IMG/VR virus record: IMGVR_UViG_3300030333_007852
Span: 5,328-69,327 of that record
DNA from: a virus
Reading direction: 5' to 3' (one strand)
DNA: 64,000 nt
Within the stretch, counting starts at the first letter, position 1. The number at the start of each line of letters is the position of its first letter. Positions 17,695 to 26,560 of the stretch are shown here, one piece after another. The position numbers and the translations under genes were made by a program. The notes beneath the pieces were generated by a model. That model was not told the origin of the DNA. It ran no database searches and saw nothing but the letters and a program-made list of their open reading frames with translations.

Positions 17695-19521
17695 TTAACC
17701 TTGTCTAGTAACTACAATTTTATCAGATATATTTTGCAAATCTTTAAAATAAGGATATTGAAAGAAAAGCAAAGGTATATCTTGTTCTGTAAACGTAAAG
17801 TCTGAAGTAGGGTAAACAGGATTGTATACTAAAAAGCTAAGCCCATCAGTTTGTATTGTTTCTGTGTTAAACTCTCTAGAAGTGTTTACTGATACAACGC
17901 CATCGACATTTAATATATCCTGATTAATATTTCTTATATCTAAAAGTTGACCTAACTCTATATTAGATTGAGAAAAATAATTGTTAAAAATATCTACAAC
18001 GTCGTTTTTAACTGACGTTAAATCTCTTAGAGAATTTTTACTAACCACGACATTTAAATTTGTAACATCTCCTGTTGCTACAGCATCAATATAATCAGAG
18101 GATGCATTAGATACACCAAAATTAACCTCCATGTAAACCGGATCATTTACTACTAACTCAGCAGTAGCACTCTTAATATCATCTAATAAAGTGGTAATAG
18201 CATTTTTCTGAGCGATTGAAAGATAACTAGTTCTTATATCTAATGAATTTGTTAATATTTTATTAGGTACTGCAAATATGTATATGTTGTTAAAATCGCA
18301 TGAGTCAGAAAAGTTAACTTGATTAAAAAGAACTCTTGAATCGTCATTAGGTCTTACCAACCCAATGTCAAAAAAGTATTTTTGGAACACTGATGTATAG
18401 TCAAAATTGTTGACGACAGAAGTAGAGCTAATAAAATTACCAAAATTCTTATTAATATAATTTTCATAATCTGTAGTAGTAATTAAACGATATTGTGAAT
18501 TGAAAAGATTAGGTGCGTTTTGTTTAATTTCGCTTACTGTTTCTTTATCTTTAAAATTGGTAGAAGAGTTTTTATTAGTAAATGAAAGCTTAGCTGCATT
18601 CGATCTAGTTATGACATTAGAAAATTCAGGAAGCGTATCAGCTAAAATCCTATTAAACCTTGTCGTGTTATAAAAATAAAGCTCCTGGTTATCTAATTTA
18701 CCTTTACTTAATTGTCCTATAGCTGCATCAGATTTAAGATAGTAAATTGCTACAGTGTCACCGGGTCTTAATCTCTTACCATTTATATTATTACCGAACT
18801 TAATTTCATATTGTTCGTTTTCGTTAAACCTAACTGAATATTTTTTAGATGAACCATTTTCGAGATATAATGAAGTTGTTCGTGTCCATTTTTCCCATTT
18901 AGGATTTTTAACATTAGGTAAAATATAAACATCTATACTGTTATTGTCGATGTAAAAATTTGCTTCTGGGTCAGAAGATGCTAAAATAGCAACTTCGTTA
19001 TCTTCGCCAATTGCTTGAAACGAAGGAAATTCAACAAACTCACCATTATATAATAGAGTGTTATTTTGAAAATCAGTTAACACTTGAACACCAGTAGATG
19101 TTTTCTGGAATGAAATATCATTTGTAAAACTGTAAGATGTACCAGAGGTTGTAAAATAACTATATCTTGGGATTGTATATAAATTCTTTTCTAAAGATGA
19201 ATTAGCTACACATTCAAAAGCAAGGTTAGCTGTTTGAGGTCCAGTTGGGTTATAATCAATTGATTTGACTATCTGATTAATATTTTCATATAACTCTGCT
19301 TGACTGAATAAAGACTCAGATGAATTCTTATTTAAATAGTATATTAGTACGTGGTAAGAATAAGCAACGATATCGATGATGGCAGATAAATTACTTCCTT
19401 CGTAGTTCTGATCAGTAAAAATTTTCTGGTCATTCAACCTTTCTATAATAAGGTCTTTAAGGCTTATAGCATCAAATGCTACATAACCATTTTGTTTTAT
19501 TTTAAAATCTGTATCTGCCAT
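17695..19521 (-). CDS. baseplate wedge subunit, T4 gp6-like
   Basis: FTDQNYEGSNLSAIID, IKFGNNINGK and RLITTTDYE motifs. Confidence 0.9.
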   Translation of the reverse strand: MADTDFKIKQNGYVAFDAISLKDLIIERLNDQKIFTDQNYEGSNLSAIIDIVAYSYHVLIYYLNKNSSESLFSQAELYENINQIVKSIDYNPTGPQTANLAFECVANSSLEKNLYTIPRYSYFTTSGTSYSFTNDISFQKTSTGVQVLTDFQNNTLLYNGEFVEFPSFQAIGEDNEVAILASSDPEANFYIDNNSIDVYILPNVKNPKWEKWTRTTSLYLENGSSKKYSVRFNENEQYEIKFGNNINGKRLRPGDTVAIYYLKSDAAIGQLSKGKLDNQELYFYNTTRFNRILADTLPEFSNVITRSNAAKLSFTNKNSSTNFKDKETVSEIKQNAPNLFNSQYRLITTTDYENYINKNFGNFISSTSVVNNFDYTSVFQKYFFDIGLVRPNDDSRVLFNQVNFSDSCDFNNIYIFAVPNKILTNSLDIRTSYLSIAQKNAITTLLDDIKSATAELVVNDPVYMEVNFGVSNASSDYIDAVATGDVTNLNVVVSKNSLRDLTSVKNDVVDIFNNYFSQSNIELGQLLDIRNINQDILNVDGVVSVNTSREFNTETIQTDGLSFLVYNPVYPTSDFTFTEQDIPLLFFQYPYFKDLQNISDKIVVTRQG

Positions 19522-19522
19522 A

Positions 19523-20011
19523 TTAATTGTAAAAAGTTATTCCTGTTGAATTTAAAGCCGCTTTAATATTTAAAACGCTATTATTATTTATGAATGGTAC
19601 TGCCATCGACAACTCAATATTGTATTGTTGATTATCATAATCTACTATAACGTTCACTTCTTTTAGATCAACTCTTGGTTCTTGCACCTTTATTGTATTC
19701 CTTACAGCTTCGCCTATCATTTGAGCAGTATCGGTATTGCAAGCTCCAAACAAAAATTGATTTAAGTTTAACCCAAAATTGGGGTTTAAAATTTTATCGC
19801 CAGGAAACGTAGTAAATATGTTGACAATGCTATTCTCTATAGCTCCTAAGTCATAACTACCTACTATATCGTTTACTTTTAGATCAGAATACAGCTCTTG
19901 CTCTTGTAATTGATCAAATTCAAAATCAAGTTTAACGTCAGCATAAGTAAACTGCTTTTTGTATGTCACATTCTTAGGTTTTTCTAAGTTATTGAATACA
20001 ATGTTGGCCAT
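19523..20011 (-). CDS. baseplate wedge/sheath initiator, gp25-like
   Basis: AIENSIVNIFTTFPGDKILNPNFG...EPRV. Confidence 0.9.
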   Translation of the reverse strand: MANIVFNNLEKPKNVTYKKQFTYADVKLDFEFDQLQEQELYSDLKVNDIVGSYDLGAIENSIVNIFTTFPGDKILNPNFGLNLNQFLFGACNTDTAQMIGEAVRNTIKVQEPRVDLKEVNVIVDYDNQQYNIELSMAVPFINNNSVLNIKAALNSTGITFYN

Positions 20012-20016
20012 ATTAT

Positions 20017-20056
20017 TATTTAATACACATTTAAATTAGCTTAAGCGGCATAAATA
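20017..20056. promoter_or_regulatory. divergent pair of T4-late-like TAAATA boxes
   Basis: minus-strand box at 20017-20022 and plus-strand box at 20051-20056, each 5 nt from a start codon. Confidence 0.7.
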
Positions 20057-20061
20057 ATATT

Positions 20062-20682
20062 GTGGAAAAGAAATTCAATAAGATTTATGAATCTTACGTT
20101 TCTAGGTATACCAGAGGGGGATTCCTTACAGGAGACTTAGTAAAGGTAAGAAGTGACTTTAAATCAACAGATGGATACAAAAAGTTAACTCCAGAATTCA
20201 AACAAGCTTTAGATGATCTAATGGCAAGTGATCTGAACTTAAGAGTATCTGGAATTGAAAACAAATATCCTTCAGCACAACCCGGAAACACAGATAATTC
20301 AAGTGGTGAGTTTTCTGTTACAGTCTCTCAAGAGACAGCGCCAGGTAGATATGATGGCTTTTATCAGTTTCCTGATGATATTTTTGAACCTGTAGATGTT
20401 TATCCTAACAGGATGCCAGTACCAAATAGCATGGTTAGACCAAATGGTACTGAAATCGACCCAGATACTTTAGAGTATGAAGATCCAGGTATTGGAGTTG
20501 ATCCTCTTGTTTCGCAAGTTGATGCAGGCTACTTAGCTGACGATCCAAAACAACCTAAGCAAGGAGAAGATAGAGAATTACACAATGTTAATGCTAAAAT
20601 TGATCAATTCGGAGCACCTGAATTAGATGCACAAGCAATTGGCGGCGGTAATATGCCAGACACTAGCATCTACTTAAAGTAA
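20062..20682 (+). CDS. late protein with CTS-like N-terminus, putative head-associated
   Basis: GTG start after TAAATA; MEKKFNKIYE-SY; acidic. Confidence 0.6.
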   Translation: MEKKFNKIYESYVSRYTRGGFLTGDLVKVRSDFKSTDGYKKLTPEFKQALDDLMASDLNLRVSGIENKYPSAQPGNTDNSSGEFSVTVSQETAPGRYDGFYQFPDDIFEPVDVYPNRMPVPNSMVRPNGTEIDPDTLEYEDPGIGVDPLVSQVDAGYLADDPKQPKQGEDRELHNVNAKIDQFGAPELDAQAIGGGNMPDTSIYLK

Positions 20683-21577
20683 TAAAACAAGAGTAAGCGT
20701 TGATTTCTTGATCCATAACAAAGCTTGATTTATAGATAAAGTCGTGACAAGTAACAAGTTGCGACTTTTTCTTTTCCTCATTGATATCTAATTCGTCGAT
20801 ATAATTAAACATCTCTTTTAACAATACAGGATAGTCGTTATTAAATGTATGCTCATTCTTTATAGCTAACTTTCTGCACTTAAGTACATGGCCATGTGAT
20901 ATAAGTTTATACAAATCGCCAATAAGTTTGGATACGTTAGATGAGTCATCAAGCTTTATAACACCATCAGTGTTTAGCTTCTGAATTGTGTTGATAGTCT
21001 TTCTAATATCAGGGAAATTATCTTTAACAATCTTATCTAAATCTTCATCACTTGCTGTAATTTTCTCTTCAGCACAGATCTCTTTTATTCTTCTAAGAAT
21101 AGATTCGTGGTCATGTGTAATGCTAAATGTTTGACATCTAGATTGCAATGCAGGAATAATTCTATGCTTATAGTTAGCAGTTAGAATAAATCGAGTAATA
21201 GCACTATACTCTTCCATTACATTACGCAATGCTCTTTGACCATCTTGCGTTAGTCCATCACACTCATCAAGAATGATTACTTTGAGAGGAAATAAACTTT
21301 TAGTTTTAGCATAGTTTGTAACTTTGCTTCTAATTGTATCAATACCATTTTCATCTGATGCATTGATATATAAATGGTCACATTCCATGAGTTCATTTAC
21401 AAAGATCTTTGCAAGAGTGGTCTTACCAATACCCGGACTACCTACTAGCAACACATTAGGTATGCTACCTTTACCAGCAGAGCTATTTATTAACTCTTCA
21501 ATAGGGTTACCTAATTTAAGACAATAGTCTACAATACGTTTCGGGCGATATTTTTCTACTAAAAGATTATCGAACAT
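20663..21577 (-). CDS. clamp loader AAA+ subunit (gp44/RFC small), copy 1
   Basis: VEKYRP, GSPGIGKT, INASDE, LDECD and SRC motifs. Confidence 0.93.
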   Translation of the reverse strand: MFDNLLVEKYRPKRIVDYCLKLGNPIEELINSSAGKGSIPNVLLVGSPGIGKTTLAKIFVNELMECDHLYINASDENGIDTIRSKVTNYAKTKSLFPLKVIILDECDGLTQDGQRALRNVMEEYSAITRFILTANYKHRIIPALQSRCQTFSITHDHESILRRIKEICAEEKITASDEDLDKIVKDNFPDIRKTINTIQKLNTDGVIKLDDSSNVSKLIGDLYKLISHGHVLKCRKLAIKNEHTFNNDYPVLLKEMFNYIDELDINEEKKKSQLVTCHDFIYKSSFVMDQEINAYSCFITLSRC

Positions 21578-21602
21578 GACTTAATAATAATGTCATTACT
21601 GC

Positions 21603-22190
21603 TTAATACAATGTGTCTTCTAAACAAGCAGGATTTTTCTCTGCTCGACCAGACAAATGGTAAGCTTGATTTTTTACTCGTTTAGGAATAATAATTTTTT
21701 TCATAACGTAATTGTTAATTTTTGAAGTCCATATATGAACTCTATTCCAAAAACGAAAAGAAAACCTACTTCTGTAATCATCAAGAAAACTTTGTTCAAT
21801 ATCATACATGCGTTCTTGATCTTCTCTTTCTTCTTTTGAAGCTAAATATTCTTTTCTTAGAAGATCTTTTGTATCTAACTTACCGTTCTTAAATGAAAAC
21901 TTAAAGTCAAAAATATATTCCGTTTCTTCTTCATCTCTAATAAGAGTATAAAAGTTAACATCACCTGTATAATCTTCTTTTATCCATTCAGTATCAACTT
22001 TTGTTTCAAATTCATCTCTTAGAAATTTTCTCCTAAATAGTTGTCTGCGATAAATTTTATATTCACCCATTATACAGTCCAAATCTTTAGTTTGAAAATC
22101 TGTATCGTTATCAAAATATTTTTCATCTTTCTTATCTAGAACATTTCTTAGATAAGAAACCGGCACTTTAATTGTATCAAACATTCCCAT
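21603..22190 (-). CDS. conserved phage hypothetical protein
   Basis: MGMFDTI...FQTKDLDC motif. Confidence 0.65.
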   Translation of the reverse strand: MGMFDTIKVPVSYLRNVLDKKDEKYFDNDTDFQTKDLDCIMGEYKIYRRQLFRRKFLRDEFETKVDTEWIKEDYTGDVNFYTLIRDEEETEYIFDFKFSFKNGKLDTKDLLRKEYLASKEEREDQERMYDIEQSFLDDYRSRFSFRFWNRVHIWTSKINNYVMKKIIIPKRVKNQAYHLSGRAEKNPACLEDTLY

Positions 22191-22209
22191 ATCTTTCTTT
22201 AATTAATTA

Positions 22210-22354
22210 GTCGTCGCAGCGCCACCTGCGATACGATAACCCTCTAGTTGGTTATCCAGTGTAAGATGTCTTACCATCCCTGTCCAACACGTTGACACGC
22301 TTCTCTGTATCTAGATTCGAGATCGTTGGCGATGGAGGCGTTGTACTCACCGAC
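22210..22354 (+). ncRNA. candidate structured non-coding RNA of unknown family
   Basis: only large intergenic gap; GC-rich; several perfect stems and a long G-U-containing rod on the plus strand. Confidence 0.5.
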
Positions 22355-22361
22355 AAAATTT

Positions 22362-22751
22362 TCATACTAATGCTTCTAATTTAACCTTAATTGATTTAAC
22401 TTCATAACCTGCATCTTTTACAGATTTCTTTATTTTAGCTTCATACTTTTTCAAAAAATCTTTTCTGTTGTCTTGAAAAAAGCTCGAAAGTTTAAGACAC
22501 ACGCTTTGATTTTTTACATTAAAGGTAATATCTTTTACAGATAGTGAAAACAATTTGGCTAAATTCTTTTTAACTCCAATTGCACAAGACGGGCAGACTA
22601 AACCGGGTACAATAATTTCTACATCACATGTAATTAGTTTGTCAACCAATACCGGTTTAGGTGGACCTACTAACATTCTACTATGTGGTGGTACTTTAGC
22701 TTGAGTTGTTAATGTAAAAGCTAAAACAATTATAAATGGTAATTTTTTCAT
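22362..22751 (-). CDS. exported heavy-metal-associated (HMA) domain protein
   Basis: signal peptide MKKLPFIIVLAFTLTTQA; VPGLVCPSC; VKDAGYEV. Confidence 0.75.
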   Translation of the reverse strand: MKKLPFIIVLAFTLTTQAKVPPHSRMLVGPPKPVLVDKLITCDVEIIVPGLVCPSCAIGVKKNLAKLFSLSVKDITFNVKNQSVCLKLSSFFQDNRKDFLKKYEAKIKKSVKDAGYEVKSIKVKLEALV

Positions 22752-23467
22752 TTGTTGTCAGATAATTCTATCGCTTCTCCGAAATTTACAAGTTTGCGTT
22801 CACGTTTAATTTTTTCAACGGTATAGTTTTCAGGTCGATATCTTGTACGTTGCCACCATTCTTCATAATCTACAAAATTATCAAATTGTTCAAAACTAAT
22901 TGGAGAATCAGGAAACTTAATAGTAACATACCAATCATTATTTTTATCACTCTCTTTAGCTCTTTCTACAGCATTTCTAATTTTAATGCCTCCAAATACT
23001 TTTACTGCATGTTCGTACGAAACACCATCACGACCTACCTGACCGTACTGTCCTGCAGTATAGTGATCTTTATCAATATGACCGTCAGGACCTATCTTGA
23101 AAATAGTCCATTGTCCATTAGTAACATCATCTACTTTATATGTAGGTTTACTCCCTCTAAATGCATGAGCTGGGATATTATCACCCGCTACAATATTAAC
23201 AAAAACCATTTTCTTCTCTTTTGTAGCTTTTTCAATTGCTTTTTTAGTTACTGTAGAGAGATTACGATTGTAATAATTTAGAGATTTTAAAAAATATTCA
23301 TCTGCTTTTTTTAGAGGAACATAAATTGTTTTCTCACTTATAATATCATTAATGATAAAATATTCTGTTTGCGATTTAGACTCAAATATTTCTTCACGAG
23401 TCTTAATCCCGTCAGTATCATCTGCATGTAAGCTTGCTGCTAGCAGAAAAGGAAGTATATATTTCAT
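22748..23467 (-). CDS. exported hypothetical protein
   Basis: signal peptide MKYILPFLLAASLHA. Confidence 0.65.
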   Translation of the reverse strand: MKYILPFLLAASLHADDTDGIKTREEIFESKSQTEYFIINDIISEKTIYVPLKKADEYFLKSLNYYNRNLSTVTKKAIEKATKEKKMVFVNIVAGDNIPAHAFRGSKPTYKVDDVTNGQWTIFKIGPDGHIDKDHYTAGQYGQVGRDGVSYEHAVKVFGGIKIRNAVERAKESDKNNDWYVTIKFPDSPISFEQFDNFVDYEEWWQRTRYRPENYTVEKIKRERKLVNFGEAIELSDNK

Positions 23468-23474
23468 GTGCTCT

Positions 23475-23502
23475 ATTATAGCACAATCCGAAGACTAATC
23501 AA
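23475..23502 (-). promoter_or_regulatory. sigma70-type promoter TTGATT-N16-(TGC)TATAAT, 7 nt before ATG
   Basis: direct match with an extended -10. Confidence 0.75.
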
Positions 23503-24431
23503 GCTTTAAGCTTCTTCATTATCTCCAAACAACAAGCGAATGAATTTATTTCTTTATCCAATACGAAAGTGTTCCGATATAAGTATTCGGAAATTAAAAT
23601 AAGAATATCATTTTTTAAACCTTCTTCAAGGTCTTCTTTTTCATGAGTATAATTGAAAAGAAGTTTAAGAAGAGAGTGATACTCACCGTTAAACTTTTCA
23701 TCATTATCTGTAAGAAATTGTCTAATGTTATCAGTAATACCAGATTTAATTCTATCAAAGAGATCGTCAACAAACACCTTGTCTGTTTCTTCTTTGTCGA
23801 TAGTGAGTCTACCATTGACTGTATACTTTTGAATATTGTTAACACATTTTCTAATATCAGGGTAATCCTTTTTGATCAACTTAATGAAGTAATCCCTGTT
23901 CTCTTCAGTAAGTGTTATTCGTTCGTAGTTTAAGATTGCACTGCATCTTTTAACTACTTCTAAAATAGGAGGAGTTAAATCAAAGTTTTGGCATCTGCTT
24001 TGAAGTGCAGGAATAATTTTATGAATATAATTACATGTTAGAATCCATCTTGTGGTCCTGCTATATTCTTCGATAGCATTACGAAGAGCTTTTTGACTCT
24101 CTTGCATAAGACCATCACACTCATCCAATATAATTACATTAATCTTACCCTTTTTAGGTCTTTGTTTTGCATAAGCAATAGCTTTTTCTCTAATTGATTC
24201 GATATCATTTTCATCAGATGCATTAATGTAAATGTAATCACATTTAATTAGATCTTTAACGATAATTTTTGCTAAAGAAGTTTTACCAATACCAGGAGGA
24301 CCAGCAAATAGAAGATTGGGTATCTCATCCTTTTCTTTAAACTGGTTAAAGACGGCATAATTCTCGTCTGTAAGAATTATGTCGTCTAAGGTTTGCGGTC
24401 TATATTTTTCAACAAATAGACTATCGAACAT
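23499..24431 (-). CDS. clamp loader AAA+ subunit (gp44/RFC small), copy 2
   Basis: start trimmed to MFDSLFVEKYRP; GPPGIGKT, LDECD, SRC. Confidence 0.93.
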   Translation of the reverse strand: MFDSLFVEKYRPQTLDDIILTDENYAVFNQFKEKDEIPNLLFAGPPGIGKTSLAKIIVKDLIKCDYIYINASDENDIESIREKAIAYAKQRPKKGKINVIILDECDGLMQESQKALRNAIEEYSRTTRWILTCNYIHKIIPALQSRCQNFDLTPPILEVVKRCSAILNYERITLTEENRDYFIKLIKKDYPDIRKCVNNIQKYTVNGRLTIDKEETDKVFVDDLFDRIKSGITDNIRQFLTDNDEKFNGEYHSLLKLLFNYTHEKEDLEEGLKNDILILISEYLYRNTFVLDKEINSFACCLEIMKKLKA

Positions 24432-24435
24432 ATCA

Positions 24436-24921
24436 TTATTTACTATCAGACGAGCCAAATCCATCAGCTCCTCTATTAGTATCAGATACTTCGTCAGCCC
24501 ATTCAACAATAGGTTGTTGTAGTTTATAAACAACTAGTTGAGCACAACCTTTACCCTTTTCAATAACCGCATCATTATCTGAAAAGTTATAAAGTTTAAC
24601 ACCGAGATCACCTCTGTATTGATTATCGATAACCCCTAAGTGAGGTTGCAAGCTATGTTTAAACCCCAATCCTGATCGAGGTTCAATTCGAAACCAATAA
24701 CCTTCAGTAATGTCGGCTAAAGTCAAACCTACCGGAACAACTGCACTACCTCTTGCAGGAATAGTTGTATCTTCTACACTGAACAAATCATATCCAGAGT
24801 CACCTGTCAAACATGCTTCGTTGTTAACCGAAGGAAGTTTTGCATCATCATGCGTCTTTTTGAATTTAATCTTTAATGGTGTGACATCTGCATACACCCA
24901 ATTAGTACTAACATCATTCAT
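24436..24921 (-). CDS. dut: trimeric dUTPase
   Basis: SGYDL, PRSGL, GVIDNQYRG, AQL and RGADGFGSS motifs; start trimmed; TTGATG-N16-TATCAT upstream. Confidence 0.95.
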   Translation of the reverse strand: MNDVSTNWVYADVTPLKIKFKKTHDDAKLPSVNNEACLTGDSGYDLFSVEDTTIPARGSAVVPVGLTLADITEGYWFRIEPRSGLGFKHSLQPHLGVIDNQYRGDLGVKLYNFSDNDAVIEKGKGCAQLVVYKLQQPIVEWADEVSDTNRGADGFGSSDSK

Positions 24922-24951
24922 ATCCTTATGATATAACATAATCTAAAATCA

Positions 24952-25173
24952 TCAACACATATCAGCTTCATCAATATCAATAAAGCGTAATAATTCATAA
25001 ACCTTTTCAGTTTTCATATCATAAAAATAATTCAAAGGTGAATCATTGTCTAAATTTTTATGAGGTGCATCTAGCCAATCTTCTGCATTTTCTGACCCCA
25101 CTACAGCGCAAACTTCATTTACCAAATTTGCAAATTCGATCAATCTATGATTCGGAATATTCATTAACATCAT
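24952..25173 (-). CDS. Xre/MbcA/ParS antitoxin C-terminal (DUF2384)-like protein
   Basis: V.GSENAEDWLDAPHKNLDNDSPLNY...EKVYELL pattern; start uncertain (25164-25173). Confidence 0.6.
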   Translation of the reverse strand: MMLMNIPNHRLIEFANLVNEVCAVVGSENAEDWLDAPHKNLDNDSPLNYFYDMKTEKVYELLRFIDIDEADMC

Positions 25174-25215
25174 TCTAATTGTTGTACTAGTTAAAACCAC
25201 TATTAAATATATATT

Positions 25216-25692
25216 GTGGACGACATACCTGGACATGAAATTGGGGATTTAGTTGATCAGTTAAAAAACGCTGATCAGTATCTAAAGAAGCCAGAAAAGG
25301 CTAAAGAGGAGTTCAATCTCGACCCTGAAGAGTTAGAACAATTCGTGTTAAACAATGCTGGATCATTAGTAAAAAAATCTATCGATATGGTAGACGAAGT
25401 AAAGCAGTATGTTGAAACAGCTCCGGAAAGTAGAGACGTTTCAAGTTTATCAGAACTTATTAACGCATCATCTTCTGCTATTGAAACGTTGAGTAAAATA
25501 TTGGTACAAAATAAGAAAGATAAAACTCAACGTACAGTTAAACAAATGGATATAGAGGGTAAAAAGCAATTAATGCAAGGTGAGTTTAATGCTAAAATGA
25601 TGCTTTCTAGAGATGATGTAATGAATGAATTGTTTAGTAAGGTGAAAGAAGAAGAAGTAAAAAATATTACGCCTGTTGAACCCCAAGAATAG
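25216..25692 (+). CDS. probable terminase small subunit (gp16-like)
   Basis: helical, ESRDVSSLSELINA..., C-terminal MLSRDDVMNEL; TAAATA at 25204-25209. Confidence 0.45.
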   Translation: MDDIPGHEIGDLVDQLKNADQYLKKPEKAKEEFNLDPEELEQFVLNNAGSLVKKSIDMVDEVKQYVETAPESRDVSSLSELINASSSAIETLSKILVQNKKDKTQRTVKQMDIEGKKQLMQGEFNAKMMLSRDDVMNELFSKVKEEEVKNITPVEPQE

Positions 25693-26560
25693 TCATACTA
25701 TCTAATATATTTTTAAAAGCACCTACTTCTTTTTTGAGGTAATCTGTTTTCTTTTCTAGTCCTTCTAATGTCCAACCAATTGCTCCTTTTTGTTTTGATT
25801 GAAGATTGTCTTCTAAATCTCTAGGATTGTATTGTTCATAGAAAGCAATAATTTCATATAGGTCTCCAAAAAATTTGGTTAACTCTGATTCAAGATCTTC
25901 TTTTGCTATATTGTATATTCTATCATAGTGGTAATAATCTACTACTAAGTTGCTTCCATGGGCCTCTTTACTATCAGAGTAAGGTACAGATAATTGGTAC
26001 ATGTTGTGTCTAAATGTACTTGTAACAAATCTGGACATGTAAGCTGTTAACAGCTTGGTATCAGGGCTAATTTTATTCTCTATAGATGTTGCATAGTTAA
26101 CAGGTACCAACTGTTCGTTTATATTTGGAGATGCAAGATCAAAATCTACATCAAATATAGCTAATAAAGAATCATCTGGTAAATAGTCTACGTTTCGTAG
26201 CAAGCCAATACTATCAGAAATGTCTTTAAAAATCTTAACGTTATCTTTTAATGATTTGTAAAACTTTTCCTTTACTGGAGACATTGCTGTAATAAATCTT
26301 TCGAACCAAAAAATTCTAAATTGTATTTCGTTAAACTTTAACAACCCGTCTTTATCTAAGCTTTCAAATATTTGTGTCTGAGATAAAGTAGGGTTAAAAT
26401 TTACTTTTGATTTACTCCATAGAATAAAATCAGTTAGATCATCTACACCATTAACTAATAACTCTCCGAAGTTTGTAGCTTTATCGTATAAGTCCTTTTC
26501 GTAATATACATTAAGGTCATAAAAATTTGGATCAAGAGTTTTGAAAAATTTATAACTCAT
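25667..26560 (-). CDS. hypothetical protein in the tail module
   Basis: ORF coupled to the hub gene. Confidence 0.6.
   Translation of the reverse strand: MSYKFFKTLDPNFYDLNVYYEKDLYDKATNFGELLVNGVDDLTDFILWSKSKVNFNPTLSQTQIFESLDKDGLLKFNEIQFRIFWFERFITAMSPVKEKFYKSLKDNVKIFKDISDSIGLLRNVDYLPDDSLLAIFDVDFDLASPNINEQLVPVNYATSIENKISPDTKLLTAYMSRFVTSTFRHNMYQLSVPYSDSKEAHGSNLVVDYYHYDRIYNIAKEDLESELTKFFGDLYEIIAFYEQYNPRDLEDNLQSKQKGAIGWTLEGLEKKTDYLKKEVGAFKNILDSMTILGVQQA

Noticed and set aside
22200-22360. tRNA, tmRNA or SRP RNA assignment for the GC-rich gap
   Set aside because: No cloverleaf with CCA end, no tag reading frame, no SRP helix-8 motif.
22252-22365. 37-codon minus-strand ORF MKILSVSTTPP...
   Set aside because: Short, atypical GC content and better explained by RNA structure; not fully excluded because its ATG overlaps the upstream stop.
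20663-24431. Archaeal or giant-virus origin suggested by RFC paralogs, DUF366 and XPD-like helicase
   Set aside because: T4-type portal, baseplate, gp15, holin and sigma70 promoters indicate a bacteriophage.
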